Assembly (NCBI GenBank): GCA_036172245.1
Contig: JAYWIR010000071.1
Span: 248,001-312,000, forward strand
Direction: 5' to 3'
Source: Raillietiella orientalis
Taxonomy: Eukaryota
DNA: 64,000 nucleotides
Numbering within the stretch: position 1 is the stretch's first letter; each line of letters opens with the position of its first letter. The position numbers and the translations under genes are program-made. Shown one piece after another: positions 49,494 to 62,394 of this stretch. Under the pieces are notes generated by a model. That model ran no database searches and was not told the origin of the DNA. It was given only the letters and a program-made list of their open reading frames with translations.

Positions 49494-52400
49494 TCATGTA
49501 AACCTTGGGGTAAACACTGGTGGTCCTACTATAGGTGGGGGGATGATTCCAACAGGTGTGTAAGGTGGGAAGAGGCCCGGAACCACTGATTGGAATAAAG
49601 CAAAATCAAAAAATGAGTGCTCACTCATTTTTCAGATTGTGCCTCCCATCGCTGTAAGCCCACATGGCTCACCTGGTGCTTAAATTAATGAATAAAGTCC
49701 TTAACGTTACCTGAAGGAATCATTCCTCCAACAACAGTGGACATGAGTGGAGTACACACACTTCCTATCTGAGATGAGGAACTTTGCATGAGACTGCAGT
49801 TAACCCCCTTTTGATACTTGGGTAGTTGAGCCCTGAGTTCCTCCTACATGGAGCAGTAGCAGTAACATTAATGCTCCATGATTCAATGTGTATCTCACCA
49901 AAGAAATATCTTCTTCAGGATGAATAATCTGATGTCCCAATGAGAGGACGTTCTGTGATTGTGAAGTCATCAACTTTTCATTGAACCCTGCATCACTGAG
50001 ACACGAAATAGATTTGGAATGAACTTAGAAAAATTTACCTGTAGGCAGGGAAAGTAGGCTTTGACAGGCCAGATGGTCCAGCTGTCTGAGACTGGAAATA
50101 TACTAATCAAAAGCAACTTTTATAAGCACATTGCTTACAGAAGTCCCCAAAGGAAATAAAGGCTTTGCTTGAGACGTTGCTGTTGTTCCCATGGCTGATG
50201 TAACACTTCCATTGGGGACAGGCATTGAGGACATGCTCATTGTGCTCATCATTGGTTGTATTCTAAGCAAATACGATGAAAACAACTCAGTCGTAGAAAA
50301 ATATTAACAAGTATAATACTTTCTCCTAACAATTTCACGAGTGAGAATTCAAATGCAGGGGAAGGGAAAGTCAGAGGATCCAAATATAAACTATAATGTA
50401 ATCAGGGATACTTCCAATGCCCTTGATTAAGGATGGATAAGAGGACTGTTCATTTTGAATTTGCAATCATCATGGGGACCCTACGCATATTAATATCTAA
50501 GTAAATTTGTAATGGAACCACAATTCTCTTTATCCTTCTTTTAATGGAAAGTTCACACAAAAAGTTCCATCAAAACAATTAGACTGCAATCATTAGACTC
50601 TTGTCATTTGCTGTCTCAGATTTTGAAATGCCTGTATGTTTCATACACATGCATATGCTGAACAAAAACAGAGCACTTCATTTTTCATTACCAACAATAT
50701 GCATCACTTGTTAAAAACTGAAACTTTGAGTCAATAATCACAACAAAATATAAAGCTCTTTTCAAATGAAGCCAAATCATTAAATGATGCTATGCAGAAG
50801 TGAAGGGGTAACACAAACCCTGTTATTAGCAATAAAAGTAATCAAACATCACTGTTTTACTGCTAATATCAAAGTTTCAGTACATAATGACAGGGCTAAT
50901 AACAGGTTTCAATACTTTTCTAAAAATTTCATTCGCATTTTTTTGATATCTTTCTGTCAAATAATAGGCAAAGTTGAAACCAACAACAACCCATCATGCA
51001 CCAAATCCGCTTAATTAAAAACACATGCAAAATACTGTTCATTGTTCAAATGTTGTTCATTTGTTACTCCTTCCTGTTTGTTGCTGGATAACAAGCAGGA
51101 AGAACTGCCCTTATGGAATACACTTTCCTTGCATCACACATACAAAACCCTCTTCAAAGATTTCCTGTATATAAATAAACTTGTACACACAATGGCAATC
51201 AGAAAGCTCAACATTCTCAATACCAACTACTTGCAAATGCCAAAACCAACTGCAAAAAAAAAAACCTTTGCTTGGTAACTCTATGGAGACTGTGATTGTT
51301 TGCCACCTTCAGTTTTGTTTGGTCCAAATCCATAAACATGTACTCTTATATGAAACTGCACTGGCCACACTACAGTAAAAACAAATTTTCAAATACTTGA
51401 TACTTCAGAAACTGTCTTTACAGAATTAAAAATGGAGGCATTATTTTGCTGTTCATTGCAATGAAGCTGCATCCTTAACATCATGCTACAACTTATTACA
51501 ATAAGTTGTTATACAAATGAAAAGAAAATACAACGAATGCAACTTAATCATGTGCAGCTATAAGGCTATAAAACCAATCCTAACAAAACAGTACTTTCAG
51601 TTACTTAATTTCAATAGATCCTTTATAGCAAGGATCTGCTGAAATTCACTACATTATGCCATATTCTACATTATACCACACCCATTACCGACTGGATAAT
51701 TTGAGGTGCATCATCAAATTACACTTATCACCAACATCAACATTTACGCACCAACAAAAACAGCATTCCTGTGATTCAAATCAAAGAACGATGTTCGCTC
51801 ACATAATTAATTTGGCATTAAAAAACATGGAAAACTTTCACATAAACTCCAAATAGAACTTGAATGTTTGGATATGCAAAATGAAATACTCAGCATCAAA
51901 TGTGCAAAACTGTACAACACTTGTACTCTACTTTTAATCCCAACTATAAAAACTCATGGCAAACTACAAATCAGGTCCATGCTGCACTCATGACTATTTT
52001 AAAAATGCTGAAAATAATCGAATATTGAAGAAACACAATAGTACAGGCATTTTTTTTTTTTTGATTTAAACATGAAGTTTAATAAAAACCACACCTTATC
52101 ATTGAATAAATTCATGAATAGCAAGGTGATACGACGAAAAAAGTGAGCAACAGTTTGGCAGTTTACAAAAATTAATCAATATCAAATGTCCCACACAGAT
52201 GAAGACAACTGATGGCACTGTAATTAGAATCCATTATGAATTATCTACTTGAACAATAAAGCTTCTGCACTAATATAAAATGAACAAATGACAATCCTAA
52301 AAATTAGCACCCACGTCAATGCAAAAAATAACACTTGTGTAGCAGATATGATAAATTTCAAACATTGCTTCAACACATTTACGGATTATAATCACAGACT

Positions 52401-53053
52401 TACCCTGATGTCATGTATGGAGGCATGCTTCCACTCATGTAACTAGGAACTGGAGTCATGGCAGCCATATAGGACGACACAGCTGAATTCATAATGGCAT
52501 CATTTATGAAATGTGATGGAGATGAAGTATCATCAGCCCTGGTCTTTTTTATAGGTGGTGGAATTGCATCTGGATCTATTTTTTTCGCCATTTTGAATTA
52601 AAATGACATGCAAGATGTGTTACACGTATTCCATTGTACCTTCATTATTTTTGAGTGCTCTTATCCTCTCATGCTCCCTGACATCTTCTTCTGGGATTCC
52701 CTCCATACCATAGATTTCCACCTCAATGTTTGACCTATTGGGCAACGAATTAGGTACCTTATCTATCGTATCTTTATGGACCTACAACTCAGACTATTAG
52801 TGGTTTCATAAATAAAATCTACTTAAATTACCTGCATACAATGGATTGCTAAACCCGGCCCGGTATACAGTTTCTTATGGCATATATGACATTTAAAATG
52901 TTTTGCCTTTTGGTGTTGAATGAGAATTTTTTCATCATCGAATTCTCGATTGCAATACCTAATGAATAAAACATGCTATCTCAAATCACAAGTTCAATTA
53001 CAGAGCACCTACCAACACCATGGTTTTGTGGTCCTTTTCTTTTTTCTGCCCAT
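49494..53053 (-). CDS. ZNF207: BUB3-interacting and GLEBS motif-containing zinc finger protein ZNF207 (BuGZ)
   Basis: Exons 53053-53013, 52958-52832, 52781-52640, 52575-52404, 50262-50139, 50091-50039, 49995-49899, 49843-49711, 49585-49494. Translation starts [58 protein letters not shown] and includes KPTFPAY and the GLEBS-type [20 protein letters not shown]. The last exon is less certain. Confidence 0.95.
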
Positions 53054-56000
53054 AGCGAAAAGCTTGTCTGGTTAATTGTAGTTAAATTGACTTTTACACA
53101 TATCTGTAACAAGATGTCACCAAACTGTCACCACCCACACATAAAAAAAAAATATATTTACAATTTTTGGAAGTTTGGAGTTGCGGTAATATTAGCTGTC
53201 CTTCAGTTTAAGAGGAAAATTCGTATATATCACGCTGATTTTGAGGACTATTTCATACAAGTTAAGCATGAACTTCATAAATTCATAAATTCTGTAAATC
53301 CATAATAAATTCACAAATTGTGGTAACCAATACGAAGCAGTCGGCTTAGAATAATGATGAACAAAACACAGTTTTGAAATTACGTTCTATTATGCCACAA
53401 ACTTCCCTAAAATTAATCGCAACCGGAATGACGCCTCAAGTTACCACAATCGATAATCTCGTATATGGCATTCATATACAGTATATTTTACTACACTTTC
53501 ATCTGCAACTTTACCATTCAAAGTACAGCAACGAAAATTACAAAATGAAAAAAATGAAAATAAATGAAACTAAATTATTGTAGAAAGCACAGCATTCGTA
53601 TTACCAGGAACGAGGAGTCAGATAATGCATTTTCTGTGCTTACGAATGTTTCATGCAACACAAATCTCACATCGCTAAACATGATAATCAAAATTTAATA
53701 AAAGGGTGCAAAATTTCTCTGTGTACAAAAATTAAAATTAAATAGAAGGTTATGTAATACATATCCTTAACTGGAAGTATTTTACTGATGAATATCACTG
53801 AAATAGGGTTTTACTATTTATTGATTGTTTACAGTGGTTTACGGTAAATAAAATACATTTCGATAAATAGCAAAAATTGCCTGTTAATACGAATTTTCCA
53901 TAATGATTGCTCTTATCTGATGACCATTGAATCTTTGGATTAAAACTTGGAACTTTGTTGTGCAGTTCTTGAACATAACATTCAGCAACTAATCGTTGGA
54001 TCATAACTCTGTGACAAACTCTGATTCCAAACCCTCTCTACGTTTCAGAAGTTACAATGGTTACTGTAGCAACTTTATGAGCAGACACTTTAACATATTA
54101 AAAGCGTAAAAATGAAATATCGGTGATATTATAGTGAGTTTTTGAGGGAACTTAAACGTATTCATAGAGTTAAATCCATTTATTGTGAAGTTGATTTTCT
54201 GAATGCGTAGAATTGCCGTTAATCCTATTTGAAACAAAAAATATTGATTATATCAGTCTTTATTACTGTCTGTTTTTCAAGATCAGCTCAGATGTTACAA
54301 AATCTCAAAACTCAGGAGAAATGAAATTTTTTTTCCTTTATTGTTAATGTACTTGATTCTCTACATTAATTTGATTATTATCGAATGGATGGCACACAGT
54401 ATGCTCCCTTGTGTTACATTATTTTCTCAGATTAGAGAGACCTTTGCAGTGTTTTATGTACAACAATTATTCTACCCTTGAGAACACAACGACAGGAATA
54501 ACTTAATATAACTTTGCGTGCTCTTTCTGTGCTTGCTTTTTCTGCCATCTGATACGTTTTCCATGGTAAATGCTTCTGTCAGCCTATTCAGCCAGCTGTA
54601 TCAGCTAGCACTTTTTGCATTTTGCTAGACTTCATTTCGATTTGTTTACGACCTGGTTTCAGCGTTGCCAAGTGCATGCCATTCAGTCCCTTTCATAAAG
54701 TATCATTTCTGACGTATGGGTTTGCGTTGGTACTTCACATCGTATGGAATCACAATAATAATATTCATGGGATTTCAAAAACAAGATCTATTCTTCATGT
54801 TTTTCCCTGACAAACGCAATTCCTCGTCCATTTTACTATCGACGTTTCTGCCTATCGTACGCATTCACATCGAGTTTGACGGACGGCGGTGAAAGGGAAT
54901 TCTTTCGCATGCGACCAACCTCCGTCACGTGACTTGCAGGGCAGCGGGCTTACTGGCTGAATGGGTGCCTCACGCAAATGTTTTGGGTCTGAACGGAAAG
55001 TGGTTGGGTGTGACCGGAGCCAATCAGGTTCCTGCATGCAGCATGTTTTGTCTCGCTGAGTGGTATGGTGTGCCGCACCGCGTGCTTCGCCGCATGATGT
55101 CGGCAGGCCGCCCAAGTCGATGGGCGGTGTGTTGTGCTGCTCGTTATCCGAGGTACTCTCGGATCACGTAAGAGCAAAAAAGTGCTCATCCATGCACTTT
55201 CTTTGGTAGCGCTTTGTCTTTTATCTCTTGCACCTTGGGTGAAGTAAATGGAAAGTAATGGATAAAATATCGAAGAGGAAGCTTCGTAAAGCGAACCCAA
55301 AACACACGAGTTGTGTTGGGAAATCGGCAAGTAAGAAGTGATTGTGCAATGATATACAATAACACTGTATACCGTAATTGCCGAGGTTACCGGAAATTAA
55401 ATATAGAATCTTTTGAGACTCTAGCGTAGGGTAGAATAAAGTTTCCTTTCACAGTCCCTTTCACAGTTTCAGCATAATTCCTACAATCCAGGGTGTGGAG
55501 TTCGAACAGCAAGTTCCCATAAGAAAATTGGCAAAGAAACACCCTTATTCATTTCTTGTCTTATATTAGTGAGCTTTCATCAGGCCTCTGCAATTCAACT
55601 CAGTAGCGAGTGCCCAGTAGTCGGGCTAATTAACGTTTAGTGTATTAGCACGTATCATGACAAAAATTCAGAGAAACTGTTATCGGTTTGTAATTATTTA
55701 GAAATGATATCGTTGTCACTTTTGGCACTCATCATTACCCTTCAAAAGCCCTGCTGCCCATGTGGCGTATGTTATGCAGTAGTCACCATTTCTTGAATTC
55801 AGGAAATCATAACAATTCTTCATAAGCTGCTTCGAACCTAATCTGCTCTGGAGATGAAGATGTGGTTTTTCTTGCTGCTGGAGATATGAAATCAGGTTGT
55901 TGACTCGTGCACACATACATGAGGATGAAACAAAGTGGTGCTCGAGGGTTAAAGTTGGTCAACAACATCTTGTGTGAATTATTTCGAGCACATTTATTTG

Positions 56001-58530
56001 ATTTTTGTTTCTTTACTAAATTGAGGGCTGGATTTTGATCCTTGTAAACACATGGAATTATTCTATGACTATACATATCAGTAAACTGACTTTACTTCTT
56101 TGGATTATTTTAGGTTGTTTCATACTTGGCAGTTTGGATATATTCCAGGCGCTGTTCTGAATATACATTAAGTTATTTCTCATGGGGAAGTCCAATACAG
56201 GCTAATCTTAAAAGGCAAAAAGTATTCTTATATGATGCATGTTGTATAACATGTAAACAAAGTGAAAAATGTGTGTGAATGGTTAATTCCTTTTTGTAGC
56301 ATTGATAATTTTCTAGTTTATTGAATTATATTCCAGTGGGAACTTTTCTGGTATCTAATAGCATAATTCCACGATAGCTCTTGTAGTCTGTCTCTTTTGC
56401 ATAAAGCATATGTACTGCTTCCCTTTTTACAAGAATGCTGGGAGTGTGTTAGTGTCAAAACTAAGTTCATATGCATATAAATTATTATTATTAACAAATA
56501 CTATTATTTGTTGTTAAATTATTATTTAATTAATTAATTAATATATGTTATTAAATTAATAAATATTTTCAAGTGCATGTATTCATATTTCTAGATTATG
56601 TCCCCATTAATTAAATAAATTTTTGCGTAGTTTTTCTAAGAAATTAACTAGATACTGCATAAAAAACGTTATTGAGTAAAGTAATGTTTTCTCAAGAACA
56701 GTGATTGCTTCTGTTTTTGGAATGAAATTATAATTTATTTGAACTGTCTTACGTATTAAGGCTGAGGATTTAGTGTTTACTTATTGAACAACTTGAATAC
56801 TAATGTATCAAACTGCTTTATTTTGAATTGTAATCACCAGAGAACATGAACATTGTGCATACTTCATTGATAGTACCATAACATATGATGCATCAATTTA
56901 GGAGAATCAGTTTATTTCTATTAACAGTGTACATGATTTTTTTTGGTTTCAGCATACAAACAAGATGGGAAGGAATGCATTTCTCAAACGCAGTCAAAAA
57001 GATTTTTTTGCAATAAATACTTGTGGTTAATTTTGATGAGTATTTTGCTGAGCATCATATCCTTGTATTTAGGATTAGAAAATGACCATAACATAAGTAT
57101 GTAGGGTTCTTTTTACCTTATTGATTCATACTGTTTATAATTGGTAACTAATGTGAATATTGTTTCAGAAATTTTGAGAGTGATGAAAAAATTTTTCAAG
57201 GCTGTTGGATATTTTACTGGAGCATCTTTTGATCCTACTATAAATTCATCTAGTACAATCATGGTAAACAGAACCTACACTTTAAATGCAGTGCAAACTT
57301 GTTTTGGGGGATCCTCTTGGGGCTGTATGGGAAGAAAATTAAGCTACTGTAAGTGTCTTATGATCAAAAGATAGTGTAAGAAGTGCATAAACTTTAATTT
57401 CTTTAAAGTTTGGATTCAGATGATGCAATATTAGCTTCTTTACACAATCTTTTGAGAATTGTCTTATTGCTGAAATAGATCATTGAAAACGATGTATTCG
57501 AAAAGATTCAAGATACATCACATAGTGAAGGATTTCTGTTTGTGCCGTGGACTTGTTGCAATTTCCTTGCATATGATTGCAGATTGGATAAAGTTCCGAA
57601 AGCTAACTTTGTTCATGCGGATTCCTTAATTTTCTAATGGCTTTCATGAGATGCTTGTTAGGGACTTTCCTTTTTGAATAGAAGCTCCCTTGATATTCAT
57701 CTCAATTCAAGGACAAAACAGTTATTTGTTGTAGGATTCTCTATGTGTTTTCAAAAATGTGCAGGTCAAACTGGAAAGCTAAGCTGTTCATGTTAATCTT
57801 TATGAGGAAATAGAGTAAAAGCTTGAGGTATGAGCAGTACCATTCTGAGAATGACCCTTTTTCAGTTTTAGGATCAAATAAGTAATGTTGCTTCTCCTAC
57901 CAAAGTTTTAGATGCAAAAGTTTTGTAACAACAATTTGCTGAATTCTGTTACATGTGTGATCTTACACTTTCTAGCACTTAATATATGTCGATATTTACT
58001 GATAGATTACTTTTGTAGATAGCAAACTCATCATGTAGACTGGTGGATGTTTTGGTGAGATATCTCTTGGTCATGTTTATAGAAAGCTCTGTTTTATTTT
58101 TAAGCTTTTGGTCCAGTGATAGAAAAAATATTGAAAGAACTTCCTTGGTAGAAACAGATGTCCTTGAGGTTCACAAAAAATTATTAATGGGTATTCTGTG
58201 TATCAGCAGATAATGAAATGTTTATGATTCCTAGTATCTGTTTGGGTGGTACTTGCAAACTATGCTGTTTTATGGTTGTGAATCAATAACATCTTTGACT
58301 CAGGACCTTCATGGATGTAATCATACATTCGAGTAATTTGTGGCATATCATGTTGTTTCCTCTGACACCTCAAACGAGTATGCTTCAAAAATATCGATTC
58401 AAGAACTTCGTTAATAATATTGTTCTAATATCATAAAAACAGGTGTTGATGTTGGTATTATTTTCAAAGTATTCTGTTTGATTGAGGTGCTTTTTTGGAT
58501 TTGCGTGTAGAGTAAGCTTGTAAATGCAAA

Positions 58531-58695
58531 TTGATGTTGGCTTTAAGAACAGTCACTTGTCGCTTTAAGAACTTTATGGAAAAACAGAAATGGTATCATT
58601 AATTGAAAAACTGTTAGATACAAGTGACTGTTCTTAAAGCCAACATCAAACAGTTTTTCAATTAATGATACCATTTCTGTTTTTCCATAAAGTTC
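58531..58695. repeat. Two interlocked perfect inverted repeats (A-B-A'-B')
   Basis: A (58531-58560) is the reverse complement of 58620-58649 (30 bp). B (58569-58615) is the reverse complement of 58649-58695 (47 bp). Confidence 0.95.
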
Positions 58696-59169
58696 AACAT
58701 CACAAGAACAATATGAATGTACTGTCCAGACACACAGATTCGGTAATGCTTAAGTTAATTATATAACACATAAAAACATTAGTCACCTGAATGGAAATAG
58801 TTTGTCTGCATTCCTCTGAGGAAAAGCTGTAACAGAGACGTGAAGAACTCCGATTTCTTATGTTATACGGGCAAACAAATTTGAAACTTAAATTTTCAAG
58901 ATGGCAGCTGCTACATAATAGATTTCACACTTGAAGAAAATTCTTTCGGGCAGACGTGAAAGCGAAATTCACCAAGCACGGTATTTGTATTATTTCGGCA
59001 GACACAAAATTCAAATTTCTTAATGTGGCCATCACTTCGTTGCCCACGAATTCTGCCTAAGAAACTGATCGCGCTCCTGAATCCTATGCTTAAGAGGGAA
59101 GCTTTTCCAGTTTAATCCTTTCCTTCGGGAGTACTCGTTTGTCAGTTTTACAGATGTATTTGTTTCCAG

Positions 59170-62100
59170 GTTGAAGAGAGGCACAATTACGACAAGCTCA
59201 ACATCACAAATGGCTATGACTGGAACATTAGAGTCTTGCTGGACCAAGCCGACGAAAAGATGAACAAGGTATACTTCCCCATACTAGCGAGAGCAGTTTT
59301 TTCCAAGTGCATATGGGCGTGCTGATCTCGAACTGTTGACGTGGGAATGGGAAGATGCTTTCAGATGGGTTCTTAAATGCAGTCACGTAGTGTAACCAGA
59401 AGAAAAAAAAGACCCTTTACGAGCAATCGCTTATGAAACCGAAGACTTCCACAAATCAATACATGTATGCGATTCATGCCGATAAATTCTTTTTGTATTC
59501 TGCGTGCGTCAGTTATTTTTCATTGGTATACGGAAGGCCGTTTTTTCTGGACTTCACATTTTGAGGAGTATTCTATGCTAGACGTTGTGGTTTTGCCGGT
59601 TTCCAATTCTCAAGTGCTTAATAAGGCTTACAACAGAGTCGCCTCTCGGAAGAGCCGCAGGGGGGCACACGGTTCCGACAGCATCTTCGGGCTGCGGACG
59701 ACGGAGACGTGAGACCGGGTCTTGGCGACCCGTGGGACGCCCGTCGCTGCTGCTGAGCCTCGCCGGGCGAGCAGCGCGTGACCCGAGAGGTACGGCGAGG
59801 AATGCATAGGTCCACCGGTTCGATTGGGGGGGCTGCCGTCCGTCGTGGCACCCCCTTTCGTCCATGGGAGAGGGCCTCAGGCTGACAAAACGTAGGCCCC
59901 CCCCAGTCACGAACCAAGTGCGCTCGATCGGCAAGGCGTCGTTGGCACTGTCGCACCACGTGCGTTCAGAGGTGGGTCTACACTTTGATCTCGGTAAAAA
60001 AGTCGACAAGCGATGGGCTCTCCGACGCGGCGGTTGGCTGTGCCGCCAATCCGCATGGTTTTGCTCGGTTGCGTAGCCGTCCAAGTAGTCAGGATTTGCT
60101 GCTTGGTAGCCAGCAGCCTTATTCCTTTTGTCTTGTCTGCGAAACCCAACCGGGCTGCTTTGCATTTCATTTTGGAGTGATCAAGGTAGCCCCTTTAAGA
60201 AAAACGGACCCACGAATCAGGTTTACAAGTCGCATCCTAGCCTACTGGGTTACGTCGAATGCCAAGCGAATGATCGATGTGTTCGTGGAGGAGGGTAATA
60301 CAATGCATGTTTGCAAAAGAGGTAATGCCGAGCATCTGAGCTAAATGCAAGCAGCTCGTAGAATATGTGAAATCGAAGAAAGTAGCATTGCCCATTCTTT
60401 CAGCCTTTTTTCATTTTCTGGGCTTTGAAAGAAAAAAAAGAGACCGCTCGAGGCGCCTGAAGAAACAGCGTCAATCTCTGCGTGCAGTTGCCGCATGTTG
60501 ATATCGACGTTAAACCGAAGAGCTTCTTACTACGCAGTTTGGACTGCACGCTCTTTATTCCTGGCATCTCTGGTGCCACGAATCACCACACATTTGCCGT
60601 GTGCGTGCATACAATATTTGGAGTTATCTTTTCGTCTTGACACCGGTTCTTCGCGAGTTACCCCTCCCTGACTTTGTCTTCAGTATCATCTTGTGTAAGT
60701 TCCGCAGCGCAGATCTTTCGCGGTCTTCAGAGCCTCCACAGGTCGTCTCAAAAGTGGATCCGCACGAAAATGTGCTTACAAAGCCAAAGTTTCTTTGTCT
60801 TTTCGCAAATATGATGCGCGCATATTTTTCCTTTCACACTACAAGTTTTCCGCGTCATGCCCCCTGTTGAGGAACGTACTAAAACAAGGACCATTCTGCA
60901 GGTCGCATCGCCAGCAGGTGTCCGGGAGATCATCTCGGAATACACAAGCATACTAGAGCGCTTTCCCGAGTCGCCACGTGCCATGTATGGTGTGTTGAAT
61001 GCTTGGGATAAGAAGGCGCAGATGGAAAGGTCGAACGCAGCCTTAGATAAGTGCATTCAGTTGTGCAGTAGGGTGCTAGGTCTCCCCAGCGTCCCCAAAG
61101 CGCTTTATTCCGTAGTAGCCAATCAGTGCGCCGAACGCATGCAGTTCCGTGGTCAGTAGTGAACCTTTCCCATCCCACAAAGCTCAAGGCATATTTGTCG
61201 CCACATTTCAGGCAAGATCCAGTCCTCCATTCGTCTGCTCCAGAACGCCTCCAGACTCTACCCGGAGGAAGCCTCCTTCCTCAACAAACTCGGGGTTGGT
61301 TTCCTCATGCTGAATCGCATGGAGGACGCGCGTTCTGCCTTCACTGCAGTCCTGAAGACCCACCCGGATAGCGGGTTCGCCAAGGTGCACCTCGGTTTCA
61401 TACTGAAGGTCGCGGACAGCGACTATGAAAGAGGTAAAAAGTGACAATCGTCTTGGCGTCCACTCCCATCGCTCTGTTCCAGGGGCACAGCTCCTAACCG
61501 AAGGAATAGCAACAAAGGAGGAAGGGGTGTTGGACGGTCGTTTTTTCTTCCATCTAGGAGACGCTCTTGAGCGACTAGGACGCAAGGAGGAAGTAAAATT
61601 ATAGGATTGCCGAGTACGAGCGATGAGCGATTGTTCCTTGATTTCCAGGTGCAGAAGGTCAATATGGAAGCCGAACTCCTGGGAGTTTTTCTCTCTCGGC
61701 ACCAGAGGTCTCTGTATAATGTTCCAAGACTCACGGGCAGACCCTGGTGGACTGTGGAGCAGACGTCGTATCGGGAGCTAGACCGTGTTAAGCAGCACTG
61801 GAAAACCATCCGGGATGAAATCCTCGCGTTCATCAGCCGTGAGGGGGTCGGATTCCAGCACGAATCGGAGAAACTCCTGGATTTCGGTAACTGGAAGCAG
61901 ATGGAGCTCTGGTCGCAAGGTAAACCGATTTGCCCCTAGCGCGGTTCGCATCGCAAACTGGAAGCGAAAAAAAATTACAGGAACTGTGACCTCGTGCCGA
62001 AGACTTGTGGGCTGTTAGAAAACTTCCATCCCGCCACCAGCTGCCGCCGAGGCCAGATCAAGTTCAGTCTGCTGGAACCTCAGTCGCACGTGTGGCCGCA

Positions 62101-62394
62101 CTGCGGGCCGACTAACTGCCGCATCAGGGCCCATTTGGGCCTAGTAGTTCCTCCGAAAACCTTCCTCCGCGTGAGAGAGGAGGTTCGGTGAGTTGTCCCG
62201 CGGTCTCGGGCCCTTCCATATCTCAATAACGCGTATCCTTCAGGAGCTGGAAGGAAGGCGAATGGTTGATCTTCGACGACAGCTTCGAGCACGAGGTCTG
62301 GCACAACGGCAGCACGTTCCGGTTAGTCCTCATCGTGGACGTTTGGCATCCGGAACTGACACTGGAGGAAAGGAGCAGCTTGGCTCCTATATAG
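59170..62394 (+). CDS. ASPH: Aspartyl/asparaginyl beta-hydroxylase (TPR + 2OG-Fe(II) oxygenase); N-terminal exon(s) not resolved
   Basis: Exons 59170-59268 (NYDKLNITNGYDWNIRVLLDQADEK), 60902-61151 (FPESPRAMYG...ERSN), 61212-61433, 61483-61592 (DGRFFFHLGDAL), 61649-61919 (QRSLYNV...PWWT), 61965-62187 (QIKFS...HVWPHCGPTNCRIRAHLGL), 62244-62394 (IFDDSFEHEVWH...DVWHPEL, TAG). Confidence 0.93.
59641..60052. repeat. Dispersed repeat, copy B, inside an ASPH intron; carries ~190 extra internal bases relative to copy A
   Basis: Same-orientation homology to 31051-31282 in two blocks (about 59641-59813 and 60012-60052). Confidence 0.85.

Noticed and set aside
49673..49678. 6-nt microexon (AG|CACCAG|GTGAGC) in the last ZNF207 intron
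   Set aside because: It would need a 32-nt upstream intron, shorter than any other seen here (minimum 43).
50402..50473. C/D-box snoRNA candidate (ATGATGA..CTGA, minus strand) in the 2.1-kb ZNF207 intron
   Set aside because: No terminal stem and no rRNA guide that I can recognise. Such boxes arise by chance in AT-rich DNA; snoscan or Rfam would decide.
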